Of a stretch of DNA of 32,000 bases, positions 9,180 through 17,172 are shown in pieces. The first letter of the stretch is position 1. Each line of letters opens with the position of its first letter. Both the position numbers and the translations under genes were made by a program. Below the pieces are notes generated by a model. That model was given only the letters and a program-made list of their open reading frames with translations. It did not search any database and had not been told where the DNA came from. Origin of the DNA: Pseudoalteromonas tetraodonis (GTDB taxonomy: Bacteria; Pseudomonadota; Gammaproteobacteria; Enterobacterales; Alteromonadaceae); contig NZ_CP011042.1 in the NCBI RefSeq assembly GCF_002310835.1, forward strand, positions 300,001-332,000, read 5' to 3'.

Positions 9180-9872
9180 ATGAAAATTGCAGCTGATTTT
9201 AGCGAACGTGTTGTTGTACATAGCGAATCGTTAGAATGGATAGCCTCACCGATGGCGGGTGTTGATAGGCGTCCACTTGATAGAGTGGGCGATGAGGTTG
9301 CACGCGCAACCAGCATTGTACGTTATGCGCCAAACAGCCATTTTTCTGCTCATACACATACCGGCGGTGAAGAATTTATTGTGCTTGAAGGTGTTTTTCA
9401 AGATGAACATGGTGATTTCCCCAAGGGTTCTTATATTCGTAATCCGCCTGAGTCAAAACATACACCAAGCTCTGAAAACGGGTGCGTTATATTTGTAAAA
9501 TTATGGCAGTTTCAGCCAGAGGATAGAGAGCATGTTCGCTTGCAAACTAATACCATGTGCAGCGTTCCTCACCCTGAGTTTAGTAATGTAAATGTAGTTT
9601 CTCTTTATAAAGATGCCATTGAAGAGGTGAGTATTTTAGCATTTGCACCTAACAGTGAAATATCGTTAAACGCCTTGGGGGGGGGCGAGCTTTTAGTTCT
9701 TGAAGGCTCGCTTGAAGAGCAGGGCGATACATTAGTAAAGCACAGCTGGTTAAGAGTGCCGCCTAACAGCGAAATTAAAGCAACAGCAGGCAGTGAAGGA
9801 GCCAGAGTGTGGCTTAAAATCGGTCATTTAACAGATGTTGAAAACCAAATAGCACGGCTTAAAAATGCATAA
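9180..9872 (+). CDS. ChrR-like cupin domain protein (two cupin halves, no anti-sigma zinc domain)
   Basis: The block ESLEWIASPMAGVDRRPLDRVGDEVARATSIVRYAPNSHFSAHTHTGGEEFIVLEGVFQDEHGDFPKGSYIRNPPESKHTP is typical of the ChrR cupin family. I chose the ATG at 9180, with GGAG at 9171-9174. The track ORF start at 9123 lies inside the GST pseudogene. Confidence 0.7.
   Translation: MKIAADFSERVVVHSESLEWIASPMAGVDRRPLDRVGDEVARATSIVRYAPNSHFSAHTHTGGEEFIVLEGVFQDEHGDFPKGSYIRNPPESKHTPSSENGCVIFVKLWQFQPEDREHVRLQTNTMCSVPHPEFSNVNVVSLYKDAIEEVSILAFAPNSEISLNALGGGELLVLEGSLEEQGDTLVKHSWLRVPPNSEIKATAGSEGARVWLKIGHLTDVENQIARLKNA
9677..9685 (+). repeat. G9 homopolymer inside the cupin CDS
   Basis: ttg ggg ggg ggc encodes LGGG. 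It is the longest G/C homopolymer I found in the window. Confidence 0.9.
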
Positions 9873-9892
9873 TTAAGCATTTAATTAAAATG

Positions 9893-9922
9893 GGCACAAT
9901 AAAAGTGATGTGCCTGTTTTTT
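9893..9922 (+). terminator. Probable intrinsic terminator after the cupin gene
   Basis: Stem ggcaca (9893-9898) pairs with tgtgcc (9909-9914), then tg + TTTTTT. Confidence 0.55.
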
Positions 9923-9992
9923 GATCTACTTCACTATTGGTTACTAAGCTATCACCTATACTTGATGCTCATATTATTGCGGAGTTCGGGTT

Positions 9993-10394
9993 ATGGTAAA
10001 TTTAACACACGGCTTATCTATTGGTATTGAGCGCTCTGGTTGCGAGTTTTTTTTAACCTTAAAAGCCATAGGCACACTCACTCATAAAGATTATGAAGTG
10101 ATCACGCCGATGATAGACTCTGCGCTTGGCGAAGTTAAACATCCTATTGTTAATGTACTCATAGATGGTACTGAGCTTGATGGCTGGGAACTTAGAGCCG
10201 CATGGGATGATTTAAAACTTGGCTTAAAACACAGCAAAGAGTTTAAAAAAATAGCCATATACGGCAACAAAGACTGGCAATCAACCATCGCTAAATTAGG
10301 CAGTTGGTTTGTATCAGGTGAAATTCAATATTTTGAGAACGCCACTGCGGCTTTAGAATGGTTAAAAAGTAATGATGAAGAAGCGGATGCTTAA
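9993..10394 (+). CDS. STAS/SpoIIAA-like protein (DUF3478-type)
   Basis: 133 aa. Pattern: LKAIGTLTHKDYEVITPMID...VNVLIDGTELDGWELRAAWDDLKLGLKHSKEFKKIAIYGNKDWQ...IQYFENATAALEWL. This matches the small SpoIIAA-like family as I remember it. Confidence 0.65.
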   Translation: MVNLTHGLSIGIERSGCEFFLTLKAIGTLTHKDYEVITPMIDSALGEVKHPIVNVLIDGTELDGWELRAAWDDLKLGLKHSKEFKKIAIYGNKDWQSTIAKLGSWFVSGEIQYFENATAALEWLKSNDEEADA

Positions 10395-10396
10395 AT

Positions 10397-10422
10397 AAAG
10401 GCCATAATCGGCCTTTATTTTT
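10397..10422 (+). terminator. Intrinsic terminator after the STAS gene
   Basis: Stem aaaggcc pairs with ggccttt around loop ataatc, followed by aTTTTT. Confidence 0.75.
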
Positions 10423-10592
10423 AAAGTATTTATACCAATTCGCTTAATTAAGTGATCTATTTTGAGGCAGGAAAAACGTGTTGATAGCTAGGCAAAAAGT
10501 TTGCTATTTAGTTGTTCAAAATGAGAATTTTTTAACGCAGATAGCGACACGTTTAGCCCCATAAAATGATTAAGTATTATTGCGGATTGGTA

Positions 10593-11537
10593 TTATACCT
10601 CTTGAAGTGTAGGTAATGCGGGAAATGCCCCCTTGGCTAAGCAGGCTTTAGAGCCACAGCGCAAACCAAAATTTAAAGCGTGCTTTACTAGATGCTCATT
10701 ATTAATTTTTTCGATGAGCGGGCTATTTTCATCGGTGTGATTTAAATAATATAACACGCCTGCAATAAACGCATCACCGGCACTGGTAGTATCCACAGCA
10801 TTAATGATTGGCGCCGATTCGTTTAATATAAACGCCTTATGGTAAACCGTTGCCGGTGCAGGGCCATCGGTTAAAAATACCAATTTAACACCTATATTTA
10901 AAATAGATTGTAAGTAATCATCAGGTGCATGCTGTGTTTGCTCAGCTAAAAAGTTCAGCTCATCACGCGATAGCTTAACAATATCGCAATAGGCATAACA
11001 CGCGTGTACATTGTGTTCAATGTCATTGCTATTTTGCCACAAGCTATAGCGTAAATTTACATCAAAGCTAACGAGTTTATGGTTGTTTTTAGCCAGCTTT
11101 AAAGCACACACGGTGGTGTTTGCAATGGCTGGATTGGTTAACGTGTTGGAACAAAAGTGTAGGGTACTCAATTCATCCCATTTGATATGGTTTAAGTGAT
11201 CACTCGTTAACAGTAAATCGGCGGTATTGTGGCGATAAAAATTAAAGCTGCGTTCACCGGTTTCATCTAAACTCACAATAACTACGGCCGTTTGAGAGTC
11301 TTTAATCGTAAATAAGTACTCTGTACTTACTTTATATTGCTCAAGCGATTTACTTAATTGTTTAGCAAAGTAGTCATCACCCATACCGCCACAAAAAGCA
11401 GCCTTGCCGCCTAACTTTGCATAACCTACCGCTACATTGGCAGGGGCACCTCCTGCAATGGGCAAATAAGCACTGTTTTGAGAATCTTGTGGCAGCATAT
11501 CAATAAGTAGCTCGCCGAGGCTAAGTAATTTGGTCAT
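10593..11537 (-). CDS. scrK: Fructokinase (PfkB/ribokinase family)
   Basis: 314 aa. N-terminus LSLGELLIDMLP...AGGAPANVAVGYAKLGGKAAFCGGMGDDYFAKQL and C-terminal DTTSAGDAFIAGVLY are PfkB signatures. It sits in a sucrose gene context. Confidence 0.85.
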   Translation of the reverse strand: MTKLLSLGELLIDMLPQDSQNSAYLPIAGGAPANVAVGYAKLGGKAAFCGGMGDDYFAKQLSKSLEQYKVSTEYLFTIKDSQTAVVIVSLDETGERSFNFYRHNTADLLLTSDHLNHIKWDELSTLHFCSNTLTNPAIANTTVCALKLAKNNHKLVSFDVNLRYSLWQNSNDIEHNVHACYAYCDIVKLSRDELNFLAEQTQHAPDDYLQSILNIGVKLVFLTDGPAPATVYHKAFILNESAPIINAVDTTSAGDAFIAGVLYYLNHTDENSPLIEKINNEHLVKHALNFGLRCGSKACLAKGAFPALPTLQEV

Positions 11538-11610
11538 AGTGTAAATCCTAAAAAACCCAGCAGAGCTAGGTCAAAATTCAAGGGAGAATTATTAAAACTA
11601 ATTAAAGTTA

Positions 11611-11653
11611 GTGTAACAATCGCTGAAAAACATAGCTTCAGCGTTTGTTACAC
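11611..11653 (-). other. Intercistronic hairpin between the TonB-dependent receptor gene and scrK
   Basis: gtgtaacaa...ttgttacac plus an inner cgctgaa/ttcagcg pairing. There is no clear U-tract, so it may be a partial terminator or a processing/stability element. Confidence 0.4.
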
Positions 11654-11662
11654 TAAAGATGA

Positions 11663-14056
11663 TTAGTTAAACGCGTATTTAAGCGTTATTGATGTTGTGC
11701 GGCCATTAATAGTACGGGCGCGAATAATGTTATTATCTGGAATTGAGCCTTCTTCAGCTTCTGTAATACCTACCGTATCGAATAAGTTATTTACATTAAG
11801 TGCAATATTAAGGTTTTCAGATAAATCGTAACTTACAAAGCCATTTACTTGAGTGTAACCGTCAAATTTAAGGTCGTTATTGTCTTGAGCGTAAGCATCA
11901 GTAGTACCAATAAAGTTGACACCGGCAGCACCTTTATCAAAGCTATAACGAGCCATTAAAGAGTAGATTAAATCAGCTTGGCGGCGTGGCGTATTACCTA
12001 CCACTTCAGGGGTAAGTGCATCCTTAGCAATTTCTGCATCAGTCCATGTTAAGTTACCACGAAAATCCCATGCATCGATGAAGTAAGTTGATTCAATTTC
12101 AATCCCTTTTGCTTCGTACTCACGGTCAAAAAAGGTTTGCGATGTTGCTTCAAAGTTTTGCTCTTCTGTTTCTGCATAAAACGCTGTTGCAAAAACTGAG
12201 AGTGAATCAAAACGTTTTTTAACCCCAAATTCATACTGGTTTACTTCATCAACGGCATCTTCATCAGCAACCGAACCGTCAGCGCGTACTTTACCAAATA
12301 AAAGTCGGTCAGCATTTGCACGGCCACCTTTACTCAATCGTGCAAATGTCGCAAGGCTTGAGTCTATTTGGTAGTTAGCCCCAATTGAATAGGATGCATA
12401 ATCCCAATCGTAATTTACTGGGCTAGCATTTGCGGTATCAATGCCTGCTACATTTTGTTCAGGAACTGAAATCACTCCATCGCGATTCATATCGACCGTT
12501 GAGGTAACGGCACCTGCGTAGTTGCCGCGTGCTTCACCACTATCGTAACGAGCACTGGCGTCAATACTTACATCCCCCACTTTTGTTGAAAATGAAACAT
12601 ACGGGGCGCGGGTATCGTATTCTGTATCGTAATCACGCTGACAACAGTTACCCCAAAAAGGCGTTCCGTATGCATATAAACCATTTTCAGAAAACTCTGT
12701 ACCATCAGCAGCTGTTACATTTAGTAGCGCCGCATTATCGCCTTTAAGCTCCATTAGGTAAGAGTTCCATAACCATGACATAGCAATATTTTGCGTTGAA
12801 GCGTAGTAACCAAACGTAACGCTTGTATCATCGTTTAGTGATTTAGTTAGTTTGAAGTCGTTCACAATAGAGTCAAAGTCGTTCATTGTGACGTCAAATG
12901 TATGAATACGCATGGCTAAATCGTCATTAAATGCAGCCCCGGTATTTGCATTACTAAGCGTTGCACCTGCGCCGCCAATACTTTGTGCAATAGCAGTCGC
13001 GCTGCCTACTTCAGCAGGAATAAGTGAATTAAAGTTACCGCTCACAGAGGATTTACGAAAACGGTTTTCAATACGCCAATCGTTATCTAAGTCAAACACG
13101 GCTTCAAAACCCACTGAGTCAACTTGCGGGTTCATACCATCGCGAATATCGCCGCTACTAATTTGATTTTCGCCATTTAAACGCACTGTTTTAGTAAATA
13201 ATGCCGAATGCGGGGTATCCGATTGTGCGTCAAACCCTGGGATTGAGTCACCATTTGCATACATTGGCATTGGTAAGTAACCCACGCTTTTGTCATCTAA
13301 ATGTTTGTAATAAAGACGCACGTAACCGTTTTCAAAGTCTTTTGTAAGGTTGGCTTTAATTTGCCCACCTTTATTTGATGTGTAACCTGTTTCACGCGGG
13401 CCTTCACCTTGGCGCACAAAACCACCTACATGAAAACGTACGCTATCACTAAGGTAAGTGCCGTATTCAAAGTCTGTACGAATAGTGTCGTAATCAAGGC
13501 CCAGTGTTGTAGAAATACTGCCTGATTCGTTTTCACCATTTTTAGAAATAAAGTTAATTATGCCGCCCGGTGCATTACTTGCTGCAGTCGAGGCCGAACC
13601 ACCACGAATTGATTCGATAGTTTGTACGGTATTATCTAGGCGCATAAATATATCAGCGTTACCAAAAGCAATATCACCGTATTGCATAACGGGTAAACCG
13701 TCTTCTTGTAATTGTAAAAACTTAGCACCACCAGAGGCCACAGGTAAGCCGCGTACAGCAATGTTTGCGTTACCTTCACCGCCGGTTGATTCTGAGCGTA
13801 CGCCCGGAATAATTCTAAACGCTTCAGCAGTTGAACGGGGTGTAGATACTTCAACTTGAGCAAGCGATAGGCTGCTCACTGATGAGCTTGATGCCATAAT
13901 GGTTGTACGACGTGGTACACCGGTTACAACGATAGTCTCAAGACCTTTGTTAGCTTGCGCTTGTGTGTTTTGCTCTTCTTGTTGTGCATAAACGCCTTGG
14001 CTTACAGCCAGCGCTAAAGCACTCATTAAATATAAAGGTGTGTTGTGTGTTGTCAT
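11663..14056 (-). CDS. TonB-dependent outer-membrane receptor of the sucrose locus
   Basis: Start taken at the ATG at 14056 (MTTHNTPLYLMSALALAVSQGVYAQQ signal peptide); the track extension to 14143 would cover the operator. A plug domain is present (ETIVVTG...EAFRIIPGV...IRGL). The C-terminus ends ...TLKYAFN, with the aromatic terminus typical of TBDR barrels. Confidence 0.9.
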   Translation of the reverse strand: MTTHNTPLYLMSALALAVSQGVYAQQEEQNTQAQANKGLETIVVTGVPRRTTIMASSSSVSSLSLAQVEVSTPRSTAEAFRIIPGVRSESTGGEGNANIAVRGLPVASGGAKFLQLQEDGLPVMQYGDIAFGNADIFMRLDNTVQTIESIRGGSASTAASNAPGGIINFISKNGENESGSISTTLGLDYDTIRTDFEYGTYLSDSVRFHVGGFVRQGEGPRETGYTSNKGGQIKANLTKDFENGYVRLYYKHLDDKSVGYLPMPMYANGDSIPGFDAQSDTPHSALFTKTVRLNGENQISSGDIRDGMNPQVDSVGFEAVFDLDNDWRIENRFRKSSVSGNFNSLIPAEVGSATAIAQSIGGAGATLSNANTGAAFNDDLAMRIHTFDVTMNDFDSIVNDFKLTKSLNDDTSVTFGYYASTQNIAMSWLWNSYLMELKGDNAALLNVTAADGTEFSENGLYAYGTPFWGNCCQRDYDTEYDTRAPYVSFSTKVGDVSIDASARYDSGEARGNYAGAVTSTVDMNRDGVISVPEQNVAGIDTANASPVNYDWDYASYSIGANYQIDSSLATFARLSKGGRANADRLLFGKVRADGSVADEDAVDEVNQYEFGVKKRFDSLSVFATAFYAETEEQNFEATSQTFFDREYEAKGIEIESTYFIDAWDFRGNLTWTDAEIAKDALTPEVVGNTPRRQADLIYSLMARYSFDKGAAGVNFIGTTDAYAQDNNDLKFDGYTQVNGFVSYDLSENLNIALNVNNLFDTVGITEAEEGSIPDNNIIRARTINGRTTSITLKYAFN

Positions 14057-14087
14057 GTGAACGCCTCGTTTTGTGAGCCCGAAGGGG

Positions 14088-14125
14088 TTGTTATTTTTAC
14101 TTAATCGATTAAGTAAAAATAACAA
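14088..14125. promoter_or_regulatory. 38-bp perfect palindrome containing a LacI-type operator core CTTAATCGATTAAG (14100-14113)
   Basis: ttgttatttttacttaatcgattaagtaaaaataacaa equals its own reverse complement (checked base by base). It lies 32-69 nt upstream of the TBDR start codon. Confidence 0.7.
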
Positions 14126-14222
14126 ATCTTTTACAATAAGCAAATTATTTTATTCTTTATTTGCTGTTTTTTTACTCATCTATTGATTTATATAGTGTTT
14201 TTTTAGCACTCAATTTGTTGAT

Positions 14223-15452
14223 TTACTCAGTTATTAGGTTGCTCTCTTGTAAAGCGCTGGCTGATGGGTCACGGAAATAGTTAAAAAGCATCGCTAAAAA
14301 TAAAATAATGGCAAAGCCGGTTGCAAGATAAAAACCATAACGTACATGACCAAAGTAATCGCTGATCATACCCATAAATAAAGGTGCTAATGCGGCTGAA
14401 AGTGCAGTGAAAAATAATATAACCCCAGCAACTGCGCCATGTTGTTGTACCGGGAAGCACGATATTCCTTTGGAGTTTAAGGTCGGGTAAACCATCGACA
14501 TAAATAACCCTGAAAGCGGCAATAAACCAACAGCCCAATCAACGCCACCGACTAAAGTACCCACATAACATAGTGCAATACCTAAACTTAAGTAAGCCAT
14601 AACACCTTGCCAGCTATAGCGGTTTAATAACCACACCGCAATAAAACGCCCTGCGGCACGCAGTATAAAAAATATGGTGAGTGCATAGGTTGCCAAAAGG
14701 GGCCAAGAGCCCGTGTAGTCTTTTAACAGCGTCGGCATCCATACATAAATGGCAACCTCGGTTGCAACATAAAGCGCAATGGCGAGCGAAAAGCCAAGCG
14801 CGTAGGGGTTTTTTATCATTTTCATGGTGGTAGCAAGTGAAGCGGGCTTTTCAGTGCTTTTAACAACGCTCGGATACTCTGCACGCCACGCTAAAAACGC
14901 TAAAATTAAGCACATAATACCGGCAATAATATATAAATAAGTCCAACTTACATTTTGTACCAGTAATACACCAACAAGTGCAGGCCCAACAATGGCACCA
15001 ATACCAAAAAAGCCTTCTACTTTGTTCATGGTTTTAGTGTGCTCTGCGTTGCTATGAGAAATATCACCTAATAACGCTAAAGCGCCGGTTTTAAATAAGC
15101 CAATAGCTAAGCCAATACAGCAAAGCAAAAAAATAAAAAATATAAAGCTGCTACTAATGGCGAATAAAAAGCAACTCGCAGAAAATAGTAATAACCCAAG
15201 CATAATCGTTTTTTTACGCCCGAGGCTATCGGCTAAAAAGCCTAAAAATAATCCGCTAAAGGCAATGAGTGCCATAGGCGCATAGTGAAATGCGCTGGCT
15301 TGGGTCATGCTTAAACCAAATTCAGTTATGAGCTCGGGAATGATCATGCCAACGGCATCGGAGGTCATGGCAAACATAAAAAACATCATATATGTGAGCC
15401 AGCGAATTTGTTGCAACGGATCGCTGCTTACGTGTGTGTGTGATTTTGTCAT
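14223..15452 (-). CDS. MFS sugar permease (probable sucrose transporter)
   Basis: 409 aa, about 12 predicted TM segments, with the MFS loop motif GFLADSLGRKKT. RBS GAGGAA lies upstream. It is divergent from the sucrose phosphorylase gene. Confidence 0.8.
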   Translation of the reverse strand: MTKSHTHVSSDPLQQIRWLTYMMFFMFAMTSDAVGMIIPELITEFGLSMTQASAFHYAPMALIAFSGLFLGFLADSLGRKKTIMLGLLLFSASCFLFAISSSFIFFIFLLCCIGLAIGLFKTGALALLGDISHSNAEHTKTMNKVEGFFGIGAIVGPALVGVLLVQNVSWTYLYIIAGIMCLILAFLAWRAEYPSVVKSTEKPASLATTMKMIKNPYALGFSLAIALYVATEVAIYVWMPTLLKDYTGSWPLLATYALTIFFILRAAGRFIAVWLLNRYSWQGVMAYLSLGIALCYVGTLVGGVDWAVGLLPLSGLFMSMVYPTLNSKGISCFPVQQHGAVAGVILFFTALSAALAPLFMGMISDYFGHVRYGFYLATGFAIILFLAMLFNYFRDPSASALQESNLITE

Positions 15453-15592
15453 GTGCTTTTCCTCGTTAAATGCGTTCTTAACACCCAGTAAGTCAGTCAG
15501 TTACTGATTATAGTATTAATGTCGCCACGATATTTGTATGTAAAATTTATAAAAATAACTTGTAAATTCGTACGTGCTAGTTAAAGATATAT

Positions 15593-15606
15593 CTTAATCG
15601 ATTAAG
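15593..15606. promoter_or_regulatory. Second copy of the LacI-type operator CTTAATCGATTAAG
   Basis: Perfect 14-bp palindrome, identical to the core at 14100-14113. It lies 22 nt upstream of the sucrose phosphorylase ATG, in the divergent intergenic region shared with the MFS gene. Confidence 0.7.
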
Positions 15607-15627
15607 TTTCAACATGGTAATCACACA

Positions 15628-17100
15628 ATGATGAAGAATAAAGTTCAATTGATCACATACGCTGATCGAATTACTGGCCAAGATATAAATGCACTTACCA
15701 CTCTTTTACATGGCCCATTAGAGGGCGTTTTTGGTGGTGTGCACTTATTGCCATTTTATAACCCAATTGATGGCAGCGATGCAGGCTTTGACCCGATTGA
15801 TCATAGTGAAGTTGATTCTCGAATCGGTACTTGGGACGACATAAAGGCACTCGGTAAAGACCATGATTTAATGGCTGATCTCATAGTGAACCATGTGTCG
15901 GCGCAATCTTTTCAGTTTCAAGATGTACTGGCTAAAGGTAAAGCGTCAGAATTTTGGGATTTATTTTTAACCAAAGAGGACGTGTTCCCCAATGGCATGA
16001 GCGAGGCTGAGCAGCAAGCTATTTACCGTCCACGCCCAGGCAGTTGTTTTACGCCAATGAAATGCGGTGATGGTCAAACGTATGATTTTTGGACCACTTT
16101 TACCGATAATCAAATTGATATAAACGTAAAAGTAGAGGCAGGAATTGCGTATTTAAATAATGTACTTACTAAGTTCTCTGCTAACAACGTTAATATTATT
16201 CGTTTAGATGCAGCGGGTTATGCCATTAAGCAGGCGGGTACTAATTGTTTTATGCTAGATGAAACGTTTGGCTACTTAGATAACTTATCAAAGCAAGCCA
16301 ACGATTTAGGCATGGAAACCATTGCAGAAATTCATAGCCATTATCAAACACAAGTAGATGTAGCTAAGCGCGTTAATATGGTTTATGACTTTGCGTTGCC
16401 ACCACTTATTCTACATAGCTTGTTTAATAACAATGCGGATGCATTACTCAAATGGCTAAAAATATCGCCGCGTAATTGTTTAACGGTACTAGACACCCAT
16501 GATGGCATAGGCATAATTGATGCAGGCCCAATGGGCGAAAAACCAGGCTTATTAAATGCAGAACAAATTGATAACCTAGTAGAAACCATGCATGCAAATA
16601 GTAACAATCAAAGCCGCCAAGCAACAGGCGCGGCTGCCAGTAATGTCGACTTATATCAAGTAAACTGTACTTATTACAATGCATTAGGCGCTAATGATTT
16701 TGACTATTTGCTGTCGCGAGCAATTCAATTTTTTGCGCCAGGTGTACCGCAAGTTTATTACGGCGGCTTATTTGCCTGTGAAAACGATATGGAACTGTTA
16801 GCAAAAACCAATGTTGGCCGTGATATAAATCGCCCATATTTGAACGCGGCTAAAATAGAGCAAGCCCTTAATAAACCGGTAGTAAAAGGGCTCATAGAGC
16901 TAATTAAAATGCGTAATGAACATCCCGCATTTGCAGGTGAATTTTCGGCTCAAGGCGGCGCAAGTGTTTGCTGTTTAATGTGGAAGCTTGAACAACAATC
17001 AATTTCTTTGAGGATTGACTTTGCAAGCCGTACTGCACTTATTACGCAGCTTAATGGCACTCAAGAAAGCACTCTAAACTTACAAAGTTTATTGGCTTAA
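15628..17100 (+). CDS. scrP: Sucrose phosphorylase (GH13 subfamily 18)
   Basis: 490 aa. N-terminus KNKVQLITYADRI, GGVHLLPF, nucleophile block IIRLDAAGYA, acid/base block AEIHS, LDTHDGIGI. These are characteristic sucrose phosphorylase motifs. Confidence 0.9.
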   Translation: MMKNKVQLITYADRITGQDINALTTLLHGPLEGVFGGVHLLPFYNPIDGSDAGFDPIDHSEVDSRIGTWDDIKALGKDHDLMADLIVNHVSAQSFQFQDVLAKGKASEFWDLFLTKEDVFPNGMSEAEQQAIYRPRPGSCFTPMKCGDGQTYDFWTTFTDNQIDINVKVEAGIAYLNNVLTKFSANNVNIIRLDAAGYAIKQAGTNCFMLDETFGYLDNLSKQANDLGMETIAEIHSHYQTQVDVAKRVNMVYDFALPPLILHSLFNNNADALLKWLKISPRNCLTVLDTHDGIGIIDAGPMGEKPGLLNAEQIDNLVETMHANSNNQSRQATGAAASNVDLYQVNCTYYNALGANDFDYLLSRAIQFFAPGVPQVYYGGLFACENDMELLAKTNVGRDINRPYLNAAKIEQALNKPVVKGLIELIKMRNEHPAFAGEFSAQGGASVCCLMWKLEQQSISLRIDFASRTALITQLNGTQESTLNLQSLLA

Positions 17101-17121
17101 TAGCTTTATTTGTTGAAAACC

Positions 17122-17152
17122 AAAAGCCAAGCAGTTTCTGCTTGGCTTTTTT
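17122..17152. terminator. Bidirectional intrinsic terminator between scrP and the LacI-family gene
   Basis: Stem aagccaagcag (17124-17134) pairs with ctgcttggctt (17138-17148). It is flanked by an A-run and a T-run. Confidence 0.85.
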
Positions 17153-17172
17153 ATTTGCTTTATTAACAGTGC

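Noticed and set aside
12049-13863. Several 60-100 aa ORFs from the track that are nested in or antisense to the sucrose-locus TBDR gene (12049-12234, 12529-12747, 12912-13166, 13560-13859, 13636-13863)
   Set aside because: They lie entirely inside a long, well-supported TBDR reading frame. They have no RBS and have low-complexity or odd composition. They are typical shadow ORFs.
14057-14143. N-terminal extension of the TBDR ORF to 14143 (and similarly 27771-27833, 6278-6316, 5969-6007, 21102-21191)
   Set aside because: The extensions precede clear signal peptides or conserved N-termini and lack an RBS. At 14057-14143 the extension would also run through the palindromic operator.
15432-15442. 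(GT)5 dinucleotide repeat at the 5' end of the MFS permease gene (it encodes HTH on the minus strand)
   Set aside because: It is too short to argue for phase variation. It is probably incidental.
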